Source of the DNA: Thermococcus barossii
GTDB lineage: Archaea; Methanobacteriota_B; Thermococci; Thermococcales; Thermococcaceae
Direction: 5' to 3'
DNA: 32,000 nt
Assembly (NCBI RefSeq): GCF_002214465.1
Contig: NZ_CP015101.1
Span: forward strand, 80,502 to 112,501
A program made the translations under genes and the position numbers. The notes below the pieces were generated by a model. The model saw nothing but the letters and a program-made list of their open reading frames with translations, did no database searches and was not told the origin of the DNA. This document shows, one piece after another, positions 8,984 through 16,269 of this stretch (positions are counted from its first letter, which is position 1; each line of letters opens with the position of its first letter).

Positions 8984-9357
8984 AGTTCCTCACCCCCGAA
9001 GAACTCTATGATGCCCTCGACTTTGGGCAGGACTTTCCTCTCAAGCTCCCGTATCTCCTCCAGCGCATCGAGGTCTGCGTTGCTGAAGTCTTGGACGACC
9101 TCGCCGTAGATGTGCATCCCCTCCTCGTTTCTGATGACCCTTCCGATGACCCTGACTATCTGTCCGTTCTCTGGGAGAACGTTTTCCTCGCTCTCGATGA
9201 GTATTACCCCCGTTCCGTCGTCGAGCCAGAAGGTGTAGTCCATCTTATCGACCTTGAACGCCTTCCCGATGAGTGAAACCCTGGTGTCGTCTTCCCGTAT
9301 CTCCCCAATCTTTCTCTCAACCGCGGGTTTCCTGCGCCTGAATCTGACTTCCTCCAT
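8980..9357 (-). CDS. rpa14: Replication protein A, 14-kDa subunit (RPA14)
   Basis: Track ORF 8980..9366 starts at a GTG. The ATG at 9357 is preceded by GAGGTG. It is a single OB-fold-sized protein (VSLIGKAFKV...WLDDGTGVILIE) lying between RPA41 and RPA32. Confidence 0.8.
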   Translation of the reverse strand: MEEVRFRRRKPAVERKIGEIREDDTRVSLIGKAFKVDKMDYTFWLDDGTGVILIESEENVLPENGQIVRVIGRVIRNEEGMHIYGEVVQDFSNADLDALEEIRELERKVLPKVEGIIEFFGGEEL

Positions 9358-9367
9358 CCTCAACACC

Positions 9368-10432
9368 TCACACCAGGTCCTTCAGAACCTCCCTCAGCTC
9401 GGCCCTCACCCTGGCGATCTCGCGCTTCGGGTCAACCTCGTCCCATCCGAAGGCCTTCAGGATGAGTCCGAGGAACTTGTCGTCAACAACGTTGCCCCTG
9501 ACGATCACTTCCCTGCCAAGCAGGTGGTAGTACTCCTCCTCGGCCAGCTTTCTTCCGGCTTCCCTGAGGGTCAGGCCGCTCTCGACGAGCTCCCTGAGCT
9601 TCTCCGCTATCTCCTCTGGGTCCTTCCCGACCAGCTCGGCGGCATCGTCCCCGAATAGCGTTGTCCTTATGTACCCTGTGGAATCGTCGAGGCCGAAGTC
9701 CACTATGGTTATCTTAACCGGTTGAACCTCCCCGTGCTCCGGGCAGATCCAGGCGTTAGTGGCCGGGTCGTAGTCCACCTTTCTCCGGCACTGCGGGCAG
9801 GCGTCGTAGACGGTGACGCGGTAAAGCCTCGCAATAGTCCCGCGAACCTCAACGAACCGTTCGCCACCCATCAGCTCCCCTATCTTTCTCCTCTGGTAGT
9901 TGTAACTCCTGACCTCTTCAAGTGGGGGTATCTCCTCCGCGCGCGGGTCTTCAGGGTTGAGAATTATCCTCGTCCTGAAGTTGGCGTGTAGTTCGACGCC
10001 GTTACGGCCCTCCCTGACGCTGGGGTCGATTATCTTGACGAGGTCACCGGGGCTGAGTTCGTTGTAGTACTTGGTCACGAGGCCGTCCCAGAGGACGAGT
10101 CTCGTCTTTCCGGTGGCGTCGTATATTATCACGTTGGCCACTTGGCCGGTGGAGCCGTCCCTCTTCTGGTACTCCCTGGGTGGGTACTTCCTCAGAATTC
10201 TCGCCACGACGTTAACGCCGGTCATCCCCGGAACCAGGTCGGCTATGTGGAGAAGCTCTTCCTTGCCTTCGAGATTAACGCCCAGCTCCTCGGCAAGCAT
10301 CAACGCCGCCGCATGCTCGGAGATTCCCTCGCGGGAGGCAATCTCAGATATCCTCTTCTCGATTTCATCCCTTGAAATGCCCTTCTGCCTCTCAATCATC
10401 TCAACAATCTGCTCCTTTGTCAGCACTCCCAT
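9368..10432 (-). CDS. rpa41: Replication protein A, 41-kDa subunit (RPA41)
   Basis: Track ORF 9368..10441 starts at a GTG. The ATG at 10432 is preceded by AAGGTGAG. It has OB folds plus the zinc motif CPQCRRKV...ICPEHG typical of the archaeal/eukaryal RPA large subunit. Confidence 0.88.
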   Translation of the reverse strand: MGVLTKEQIVEMIERQKGISRDEIEKRISEIASREGISEHAAALMLAEELGVNLEGKEELLHIADLVPGMTGVNVVARILRKYPPREYQKRDGSTGQVANVIIYDATGKTRLVLWDGLVTKYYNELSPGDLVKIIDPSVREGRNGVELHANFRTRIILNPEDPRAEEIPPLEEVRSYNYQRRKIGELMGGERFVEVRGTIARLYRVTVYDACPQCRRKVDYDPATNAWICPEHGEVQPVKITIVDFGLDDSTGYIRTTLFGDDAAELVGKDPEEIAEKLRELVESGLTLREAGRKLAEEEYYHLLGREVIVRGNVVDDKFLGLILKAFGWDEVDPKREIARVRAELREVLKDLV

Positions 10433-10465
10433 AACACTCACCTTAATGGTAATAATGACTCCGGG

Positions 10466-10474
10466 TATTTAAAC
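10466..10474 (-). promoter_or_regulatory. Candidate TATA box for the RPA operon
   Basis: The + strand reads TATTTAAAC (GTTTAAATA on the minus strand), about 30 nt upstream of the RPA41 start. Confidence 0.35.
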
Positions 10475-10566
10475 CTTTCCCAAACTCGGTCTCAGGGGCC
10501 AGTTTTTAGAAAGGAAGGGCGATTTCCTCCCCTGGAGGAAAATTGGGTGACTGAAGGGCCAAGGAA

Positions 10567-11175
10567 TTACTCTTCGCCCTCTACCGGGGTCTCCGCTTCA
10601 ATCTCCTGTGGTTCTTCATTGCCTCCTTTGCCCTCCAGCTTCGCTATGAGGTCGCTGTACTCCGCGTGCACGACCCTCCTGAAGGCCTCCTTTATGATGT
10701 TGGGATCGTTCTCAGGGAACCCGTAAAGCTCGGCGAATTTCGGCGTCGTTCCGAGGAGCTTCGTTCTCTCATAAGGTTCGGCGTATATCAGTCCCATCTC
10801 AAGGAGCTTCCTTATGTGCTCGTAAGCTTGGCTGCCGCGGAGCTTGACCACCTTGCTCTGCTCTATCGGCTGGAGGTAAGCTATGAGTGCGAGGGTCTTC
10901 AGCTCGCCCGTCCTCAGGTCGGGCCTCGGCATGAGATGAACGACGCGCTGGCTGTAGTCCTGCTTCACCTGCATAACGTACTTATCACCTAGAACCCTGA
11001 CGACCTCTATGGCGCTCTTTCTCTCCGCGTACTCGGCCGCTATGAGCTCGATAAGCTTTTCAAGATAATCCAGCGACCTTATTCCCAGAGCCCTTGAGAG
11101 CTCTTTGACGCTGAGCGGCCTTCCAGAAACGAACAGTGCAGCCTCAACGAGGGCCTTATCCTCAAGGAGTCCCAT
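10567..11175 (-). CDS. scpB: Segregation and condensation protein B (ScpB)
   Basis: Track ORF 10567..11187 starts at a GTG. The ATG at 11175 is preceded by GGTGGT. VEAALFVSGRPLS...ELSRALG and the tandem winged-helix layout are typical of ScpB. Confidence 0.8.
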   Translation of the reverse strand: MGLLEDKALVEAALFVSGRPLSVKELSRALGIRSLDYLEKLIELIAAEYAERKSAIEVVRVLGDKYVMQVKQDYSQRVVHLMPRPDLRTGELKTLALIAYLQPIEQSKVVKLRGSQAYEHIRKLLEMGLIYAEPYERTKLLGTTPKFAELYGFPENDPNIIKEAFRRVVHAEYSDLIAKLEGKGGNEEPQEIEAETPVEGEE

Positions 11176-11217
11176 TATTACCACCACATTGAAAATTGAG
11201 CCCCTCTCTTATAGGGT

Positions 11218-12264
11218 TTACCCTCCGATGAGAACTCGTCTTATGGTGAGGTAGTCCTTTTTCTCCAGGGCGGTCTCGTCAACCACGACTATCAACCGGC
11301 CCTCCCTCATTATCACGAGGTCCCGGAGAGTCCCGAGAAACTTGGTCACCGCGGTTATTCCATTGTGAATCACGAGGTACTCTATTCCATCTACAACCAC
11401 TACCCCGGTTACACCCCTCATCTCAGCCTCCCGGAGATACCTGCCGGCCAGCTCCAGAATTCTGGGAAGGTTTGTCGGTGCTATCGTGTCCTTTCCGGGC
11501 AGGCTGGTCAGGAAGTAGGCCTTCCACTTGTCAGGTGGTGTCAGCTCCCTGATGAATGCGAGCACGGGATAGCCCTTGAGATCCTCCTTGACCCTGCGAT
11601 ACTCGTTGCTCGATACGAGCTCAATTCCGGGTTCTATCTCAAGCCTTATAGCTCCGTTGAGGTTTGTGAACTCTCTGGACAGTACCATGCGGGCCATGAA
11701 ATACGCCGCGACCACGGTTAGGATCGCGCCTATGGCGAAGCCGATGGGTGCAAACCAGGGCACACCCCTCAGGAAAGGATAGTCCATCTTATGGGCCCCA
11801 AGGATACCGAGTGCGAGCGCAGCATTTCTGGCACCTCTGAACCTTGGATCTATAGAAGCAACGATCAGAGCGCCCGAAAGAACTATGAAGAAGGCAGAAA
11901 CACCATAAGGGATGCCGACGACTGAATTCCAATCGTTTCCGAGGGCGATTCCGTAGACCGCTGCGATGAGTGGTGGAGCTGCCCACAGGACCAGGTACCT
12001 GACGTTCTTCCCAATCTCTTCTGAGAGAAACGCCAGAGAGCCAAGGAACAGTAGAGAAGAAGAGACGGCCTCGGTAAATGCAACGAGCTGGAGAATCCCC
12101 AGAGCGTCGGCAAATATGCTCATGGCCGCCACGAGCCAGGCCATTGCCCAGATGAACGCGGATTTTCGTCGTGACTGTATGTACACCATTAATAGTACCG
12201 CTGAAACGCCAAACTTTGCGGAGAGACTGAGTGCTTGACCCACCATTAAGAGAGTGGTGTTCAT
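11218..12264 (-). CDS. Multi-pass membrane protein with C-terminal DUF835-like cytoplasmic domain
   Basis: 348 aa. About 7 hydrophobic helices occupy the first ~200 aa. The C-terminal TGVVVVDGIEYLVIHNG...RLIVVVDETAL is recalled as DUF835. AGGAGGGT lies upstream of the ATG. Confidence 0.7.
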   Translation of the reverse strand: MNTTLLMVGQALSLSAKFGVSAVLLMVYIQSRRKSAFIWAMAWLVAAMSIFADALGILQLVAFTEAVSSSLLFLGSLAFLSEEIGKNVRYLVLWAAPPLIAAVYGIALGNDWNSVVGIPYGVSAFFIVLSGALIVASIDPRFRGARNAALALGILGAHKMDYPFLRGVPWFAPIGFAIGAILTVVAAYFMARMVLSREFTNLNGAIRLEIEPGIELVSSNEYRRVKEDLKGYPVLAFIRELTPPDKWKAYFLTSLPGKDTIAPTNLPRILELAGRYLREAEMRGVTGVVVVDGIEYLVIHNGITAVTKFLGTLRDLVIMREGRLIVVVDETALEKKDYLTIRRVLIGG

Positions 12265-12375
12265 ATTGACCCTCCTGATGCGTCCGGCTGTTAACTTATG
12301 TTCTGCATGTATAAAAAGCTTTGTCTACTGTGTAGGAGCTGGAACGCTGGCGTGAACTCGCAGATGACCGTAATC

Positions 12376-12383
12376 TTTATAAA
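12376..12383 (+). promoter_or_regulatory. TATA box of the 5S rRNA / tRNA-Asp transcription unit
   Basis: TTTATAAA lies about 23-30 nt upstream of the predicted 5S 5' end. Confidence 0.5.
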
Positions 12384-12405
12384 CCCAACCTGGGAGGTCT
12401 GTACC

Positions 12406-12531
12406 GGTACGGCGGTCATAGCGGCGGGGTCACACCCGGTCTCGTTTCGACCCCGGAAGTTAAGCCCGCCAGCGATCCCGGGTGTACTGCCCTCCGGGAG
12501 GGGGCGGGAAACCGGGGACGCCGCCGGCCAC
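12406..12531 (+). rRNA. rrf: 5S ribosomal RNA
   Basis: GGTACGGCGGTCATAGCGGCGGGGTCACACCCGGTCTCGTTTCGACCCCGGAAGTTAAGCCCGCCAGCGATCCCGG...GGGACGCCGCCGGCCAC matches the archaeal 5S consensus I recall. The 5' and 3' ends pair to form helix I. The ends are good to within a few nt. Confidence 0.9.
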
Positions 12532-12537
12532 TCAAAC

Positions 12538-12615
12538 GCCCGGGTGGTGTAGCCAGGCCCATCATACGGGACTGTCACTCCCGTGACTCGGGTTCAAATC
12601 CCGACCCGGGCGCCA
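12538..12615 (+). tRNA. tRNA-Asp (anticodon GUC), CCA encoded
   Basis: Cloverleaf folded by hand. The acceptor is GCCCGGG/CCCGGGC, the anticodon stem CGGGA/TCCCG with loop CTGTCAC, and the T arm TCGGG-TTCAAAT-CCCGA, followed by discriminator G and CCA. It starts about 7 nt after 5S, the known Thermococcales 5S-tRNA-Asp arrangement. Confidence 0.92.
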
Positions 12616-12651
12616 TTCTAACAACTCTTTGCTTCGCAAAGCGTTGATGGA

Positions 12652-12801
12652 AAGTTTGTAGCTCCTTTTTGAGGTGTGGCTTATTACGGAGGTTTACCTG
12701 CTTTAAGTCAAATTTTAGAGAGGAAGAACTCATTAGGTGCTTCTTGTAAGTGGGTTTAACTCTAAAAAGACGCCCTTCGGGCGTCAAAGAAGAGGAACTC
12801 C
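12652..12801 (+). repeat. Degenerate direct repeat, copy A
   Basis: Copy A shares colinear blocks with copy B at a constant offset of about 360 bp. The blocks are AAGTTTGTAGCTC (exact 13-mer), CTTTAAGTCAAAT vs CTTGAGTTAAAT, GTGGGTTTAACT vs GTGGGGAGTTCACT, the 7-bp hairpin, and GGGCGTCAAA...AACTCC. Confidence 0.6.
12764..12785 (-). terminator. Hairpin plus T5, terminator-like element downstream of tRNA-Lys
   Basis: On the minus strand, GACGCCC-GAA-GGGCGTC (7-bp stem) is followed directly by TTTTT, about 50 nt 3' of the tRNA-Lys end. Confidence 0.45.
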
Positions 12802-12834
12802 CTGTGAGAAAGGCATTAATGGGGGAATTTTGTG

Positions 12835-12912
12835 TGGCGGGCCGGACGGGATTCGAACCCGCGGCCACGGGGTTAAAAGCCCCGCGCTCTAACCAGGCTG
12901 AGCTACCGGCCC
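12835..12912 (-). tRNA. tRNA-Lys (anticodon UUU), CCA encoded
   Basis: The reverse complement is GGGCCGGTAGCTCAGCCTGGTTAGAGCGCGGGGCTTTTAACCCCGTGGCCGCGGGTTCGAATCCCGTCCGGCCCGCCA. The acceptor is GGGCCGG/CCGGCCC, the D stem GCTC/GAGC, the anticodon stem CGGGG/CCCCG with loop CTTTTAA, and the T loop TTCGAAT. Confidence 0.92.
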
Positions 12913-12940
12913 ATGCCCGATGGGATAACGGCCGGGAGAT

Positions 12941-12948
12941 TTTATAAG
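12941..12948 (-). promoter_or_regulatory. TATA box for tRNA-Lys
   Basis: The + strand reads TTTATAAG (CTTATAAA on the minus strand), 29-36 nt upstream of the tRNA 5' end at 12912. Confidence 0.45.
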
Positions 12949-13013
12949 CTTTGCCCCAAAAAATTCATCCCCTAAAGCTTCATCAAAGGAAGCTTTTAGA
13001 AAACGTTTCACAG

Positions 13014-13160
13014 AAGTTTGTAGCTCTCGAGTTGATGGCAATTGAATAAGTGATTTGTTCATGGCTTTGCCCGTCTTGAGTTAAATCCCGTGTAAATCAC
13101 CTTTCTGTGGGGAGTTCACTTTTAAATCGATGCCCGAAGGGCGTCAAAAAGGGAAACTCC
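13014..13160 (+). repeat. Degenerate direct repeat, copy B
   Basis: See copy A. The exact 13-mer lies at 13014-13026, the hairpin GATGCCC-GAA-GGGCGTC at 13129-13145, and AAACTCC at 13154-13160. Confidence 0.6.
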
Positions 13161-13301
13161 TTGAAAGATTGGTGTTTGAAGTGGATTTCTTTTCTGGGGT
13201 TGGGTTCGGATAATCACGTTGCTAAAGAACGATCTTTGAAAAGGGCTACTAACTTTGATGAAACTTTGCCTGCGCAAAGTTTCCCCTGTTGCGAAAACTA
13301 C

Positions 13302-13313
13302 TTAAACATTTTT
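13302..13313 (+). promoter_or_regulatory. Candidate TATA element for the DtxR-family gene (possibly leaderless mRNA)
   Basis: TTAAACATTTTT lies about 25-29 nt upstream of the GTG at 13331, and no RBS precedes that GTG. Confidence 0.3.
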
Positions 13314-13330
13314 GGCCAACCTAACGACTG

Positions 13331-13777
13331 GTGAGGTCGTTGGAGGTAAGCAAGAGGGAAGAGGAGTATCTCGAGACCATGTACATCCTCCACAAGAACA
13401 AGGGTGTCATCCGTGTCAAGGATATCGCAAAGATGATGCGCGTCAAGCCCCCCAGCGTGGTCGATGCCCTGAAGAAACTCTCCGAGAAGGGCCTGGTGGA
13501 ATACGAGAAGTACGATAGGATTCTTCTGACCGATGCTGGAAGGGAAATAGCGGAGGCGACCTATTCGAAGCACCTGCTCCTCACTCAGTTCTTCATTGAC
13601 ATCCTCGGAATTCCCCCCGAGATAGCCGAGCACGACGCCTGCCAGTTCGAGCACTACGTCAGCGAGATAACCGTGCGGAGGATAAGGGAGTTCGCCCAGT
13701 ACATACAAGAGCAGTGTCCCTACGTCCTCAAGCAGTTCATCAAGGAGAAGATGGCCGAGAACGCTGAATCCAGGTGA
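13331..13777 (+). CDS. DtxR/MntR-family metal-dependent transcriptional repressor
   Basis: 148 aa. SKREEEYLETMYIL and the HTH IRVKDIAKMMRVKPPSVVDALKKLSEKGLV are followed by a dimerisation/metal-binding helix region (ATYSKHLLLTQFF...AEHDACQFEH). The start is the GTG at 13331, with the TTG at 13340 as an alternative. Confidence 0.85.
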   Translation: MRSLEVSKREEEYLETMYILHKNKGVIRVKDIAKMMRVKPPSVVDALKKLSEKGLVEYEKYDRILLTDAGREIAEATYSKHLLLTQFFIDILGIPPEIAEHDACQFEHYVSEITVRRIREFAQYIQEQCPYVLKQFIKEKMAENAESR

Positions 13778-13815
13778 TTTTCAGGCTTTTGCATTCTCTA
13801 AAAAGAAAGGTGGAA

Positions 13816-15153
13816 TCAGAATACCCCGCCGAGGTAGGCGAAGTACGCCACGAATATCAGGGACAGAACGTACATGAGCGGATGTATGTCCTCCATTCTG
13901 CCGCTGAAGAGCTTGAGTATCGTGTAGCTGATGAAGCCGATGCCTATTCCGTCCGCTATCGAGTAGGTGTAGGGTATGGTTATGAGCACCAGGAAGGCAG
14001 GGATGGCCTCGGTGTGGTCGGTGAAGTTAACCTCCTTTATGGCGCTGAGCATGTAGTAACCCACTATGACGAGTGCCGGAGCCGTTGCAAAGGCCGGTAT
14101 GGCCCCGGCCAGCGGTGCTATGAAGAGTCCTATTCCAAGGAAGAGCAGGCCGGTAACGAGGGCCGTCATTCCGGTTCTTCCACCCTCCTCTATACCAGCG
14201 GCGCTCTCGATGTAGGTTGTGACGGTGGAAGTTCCGAGAATCGCTCCAACCGTCGTTCCTATCGCGTCGGTGAGGAGTATCTTCTCGGCGTCGGGAACCT
14301 TTCCGTCCCTGGTTAGAAAGCCCGCCTTGGCGCTTAAGCCTGTGACCGTTCCCAGGGTGTCGAAGAAGTCCACCATGAAGAAGGCGAAGATAACCCCGAG
14401 CGCCCCGACGTTGAGGAGTCCCTTGAGATCCATCTGCATGAAGGTGTAGCTGATGTCGGGCGTTGAGAAGAGCTGGTCCGGCCAGGGGGCGATCCCGGTG
14501 ACCCAGCCGATGACGCTCGTGGCGAGGATTGAGATGAGCAGCGAGCCCTTGACGCGGAGGGATATGAGAACCATCGCCAGGAACAGGCCGAAGAAGAAGA
14601 GCAGTATCTTCCCGCTGGTCAGGGCAGCGGTGTTGAGGCCGGTGAACTGGAGCACCCCCGCGTCGTTCACCACGGCGGTGAGCAGGCCGACGTCGTTCAG
14701 GCCGATGAAGGTCAGGAAGAGGCCTATACCGGCACCTATCGCGTACTTCTGGCTTATGGGTATCGCGTGGATTACCGCGCTCCTCACCTTTGTGACGCTG
14801 AGGATTATGAAGATTAAACCTTCAACGAACACCGCGGCGAGCGCCACCCTCCAGTCGTAGCCCATTCCGATGACGACGCTGTAGGCGAAGTACGCGTTCA
14901 GTCCCATTCCCGGCGCGAGGGCGAAGGGCTTCTTGGCGTACAGCCCCATGAGAATCGTTGCGAGCCCGGCGGCAAGGGCGGTGACGGCGACAAGCGAGCT
15001 AAAGGCTTCTTTGCCCATGGCATCGCTGAGTATCGCAGGGTTCACGAAGAGGATGTACGCCATGGTCATGAAGGTGGTCATTCCGGCGAGCACTTCGGTT
15101 TTCATGTCGGTTCCGTACCTCTCAAACTCGAAGTAGTTCTCAAACCATCCCAT
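13816..15153 (-). CDS. NCS2-family (AzgA-type) purine (adenine/guanine/hypoxanthine) permease
   Basis: Track ORF 13816..15162 starts at a GTG. The ATG at 15153 is preceded by GGGGTGAGG. It is a polytopic membrane protein starting FENYFEFERYGTDMKTEVLAGMTTFMTMAYILFVNP, typical of AzgA/PbuG permeases. Confidence 0.85.
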   Translation of the reverse strand: MGWFENYFEFERYGTDMKTEVLAGMTTFMTMAYILFVNPAILSDAMGKEAFSSLVAVTALAAGLATILMGLYAKKPFALAPGMGLNAYFAYSVVIGMGYDWRVALAAVFVEGLIFIILSVTKVRSAVIHAIPISQKYAIGAGIGLFLTFIGLNDVGLLTAVVNDAGVLQFTGLNTAALTSGKILLFFFGLFLAMVLISLRVKGSLLISILATSVIGWVTGIAPWPDQLFSTPDISYTFMQMDLKGLLNVGALGVIFAFFMVDFFDTLGTVTGLSAKAGFLTRDGKVPDAEKILLTDAIGTTVGAILGTSTVTTYIESAAGIEEGGRTGMTALVTGLLFLGIGLFIAPLAGAIPAFATAPALVIVGYYMLSAIKEVNFTDHTEAIPAFLVLITIPYTYSIADGIGIGFISYTILKLFSGRMEDIHPLMYVLSLIFVAYFAYLGGVF

Positions 15154-15295
15154 AAGCCTCACCCCTTGAGTTGACTGATTTTTGCTAATAACTTGGTTTT
15201 TTAAAGATTTTTTTAACAGAAAAATGTTAAAACAATAAGGAACGATTCATGGAAACAGGAAGCTTGGAATGCGTCAGAAATTATATGAACTGGCC

Positions 15296-16189
15296 TCAGG
15301 AGTTGTTTTCAACGACTCCGGCTGTGAAGGCCTCTGTGTATGCCTTGACTGTCTCCTCGTTGCCCATTATCATGAGGACTCTGACGAGATCCATGCCCTT
15401 AACCCGTGCGAACTCAACGTAGAGGTACTGGTCGTCTTTGCGGTAGAGCTTGGCACTCAGCGGTTCGAAGCAGTTGTTTTCCGTTGGGGTGATCCAAGGC
15501 TTAACCTCTTCGAAGCCTTTAGCCATGACCGAGGCATCGAAGGCTTCCATCACGGCTTTAATGGGACACGTGCAGGTCGCATTCAGCTCCACTTCGGTCT
15601 TGTGGAAGAGGTTGTAATCCTTGAAGTCCGTCCATTCCTTGATCGGCGTGAGGACGGAGAGCCTCCATGTTGAGTTGGCCGCTGGAACGTACTGAACCGC
15701 GAGGTAGGCGTCACCGGCCGGTAGAACGGCATTCTCCCTCCGTATTCCGCACATTCTCTCGTGTATCGGCCGATCCTCAGGCCCCACGCTGGGCCTGTAA
15801 TAGCCGCTTCCACTTTTACCCGTATCGCTTGAGACGTGCATTGCAAGGCCACCGAGGGCGCACGGGACCATCAGGTTGAACTTTTCGGGCCAGTAGATGA
15901 GATGCGCGATCCAGCCTTGGGGCTCTCCCGTCGTGCGGTTTATCGGGGGATAAACCGCGAACCAGTCGTTGAAAGTGACCCCTGAACCCCCAATGAATTG
16001 GGTAATTTTCTGATCTACCCATCGGCCGATCTGAGCGTTTTTGGTCTGGGAGCTGACTTTAAGGGAACATCCGGCATTCGTTTGTTCCGCTGAGATCCTC
16101 CCCTCTGGAGAGAGCCCATCCCCAACTAGGACTGCCACCACGGCCAGCGCAAGAATCAACAGCGCAGCACCGGCAAGGGTCCTTTTCAC
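15296..16189 (-). CDS. Hypothetical exported/membrane-anchored protein (297 aa)
   Basis: A GTG start is preceded by AGGGGTG. An N-terminal hydrophobic signal/anchor (LAGAALLILALAVVAVLV) is followed by a soluble domain with 7 Cys (counted by hand). I recognise no family. It lies directly downstream of the ABC ATPase gene. Confidence 0.6.
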   Translation of the reverse strand: MKRTLAGAALLILALAVVAVLVGDGLSPEGRISAEQTNAGCSLKVSSQTKNAQIGRWVDQKITQFIGGSGVTFNDWFAVYPPINRTTGEPQGWIAHLIYWPEKFNLMVPCALGGLAMHVSSDTGKSGSGYYRPSVGPEDRPIHERMCGIRRENAVLPAGDAYLAVQYVPAANSTWRLSVLTPIKEWTDFKDYNLFHKTEVELNATCTCPIKAVMEAFDASVMAKGFEEVKPWITPTENNCFEPLSAKLYRKDDQYLYVEFARVKGMDLVRVLMIMGNEETVKAYTEAFTAGVVENNS

Positions 16190-16269
16190 CGTTCACACCC
16201 CTTCCTGTATCGGGGCCCTTCTATTTAATCCTTTCCACTCACTAGGGTGAAAGTTTTAATAGAGCGGGG

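Noticed and set aside
12291-12947. ORFs 12291..12578(-), 12298..12552(+), 12575..12868(-) and 12750..12947(+)
   Set aside because: They overlap the 5S rRNA, tRNA-Asp and tRNA-Lys genes, so the open frames are by-products of structured RNA genes.
13256-13261. TGATGA (C-box-like) motifs here and on the minus strand near 12978-12983, as possible C/D box sRNAs
   Set aside because: No matching CUGA D box lies at the expected 50-70 nt distance, and there is no terminal stem. The evidence is insufficient.
13315-13325. GCCAACCTAAC, resembling one half of a DtxR operator (GCCTAACCTAA), at the dtxR-family gene start
   Set aside because: Only one half-site matches and the partner half is absent. The Thermococcus operator consensus is not known to me, so this is not reportable as a site.
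13107-13334. A 75-aa ORF in repeat copy B, with weak peptide similarity to the ORF over copy A (RRPSGVKEEEL vs NRCPKGVKKGNSL)
   Set aside because: The similarity comes from the DNA repeat. The hairpin loop inversion (TTC/GAA) changes the peptide while preserving the stem, which argues for nucleic-acid-level rather than coding conservation. It has a GTG start and no RBS.
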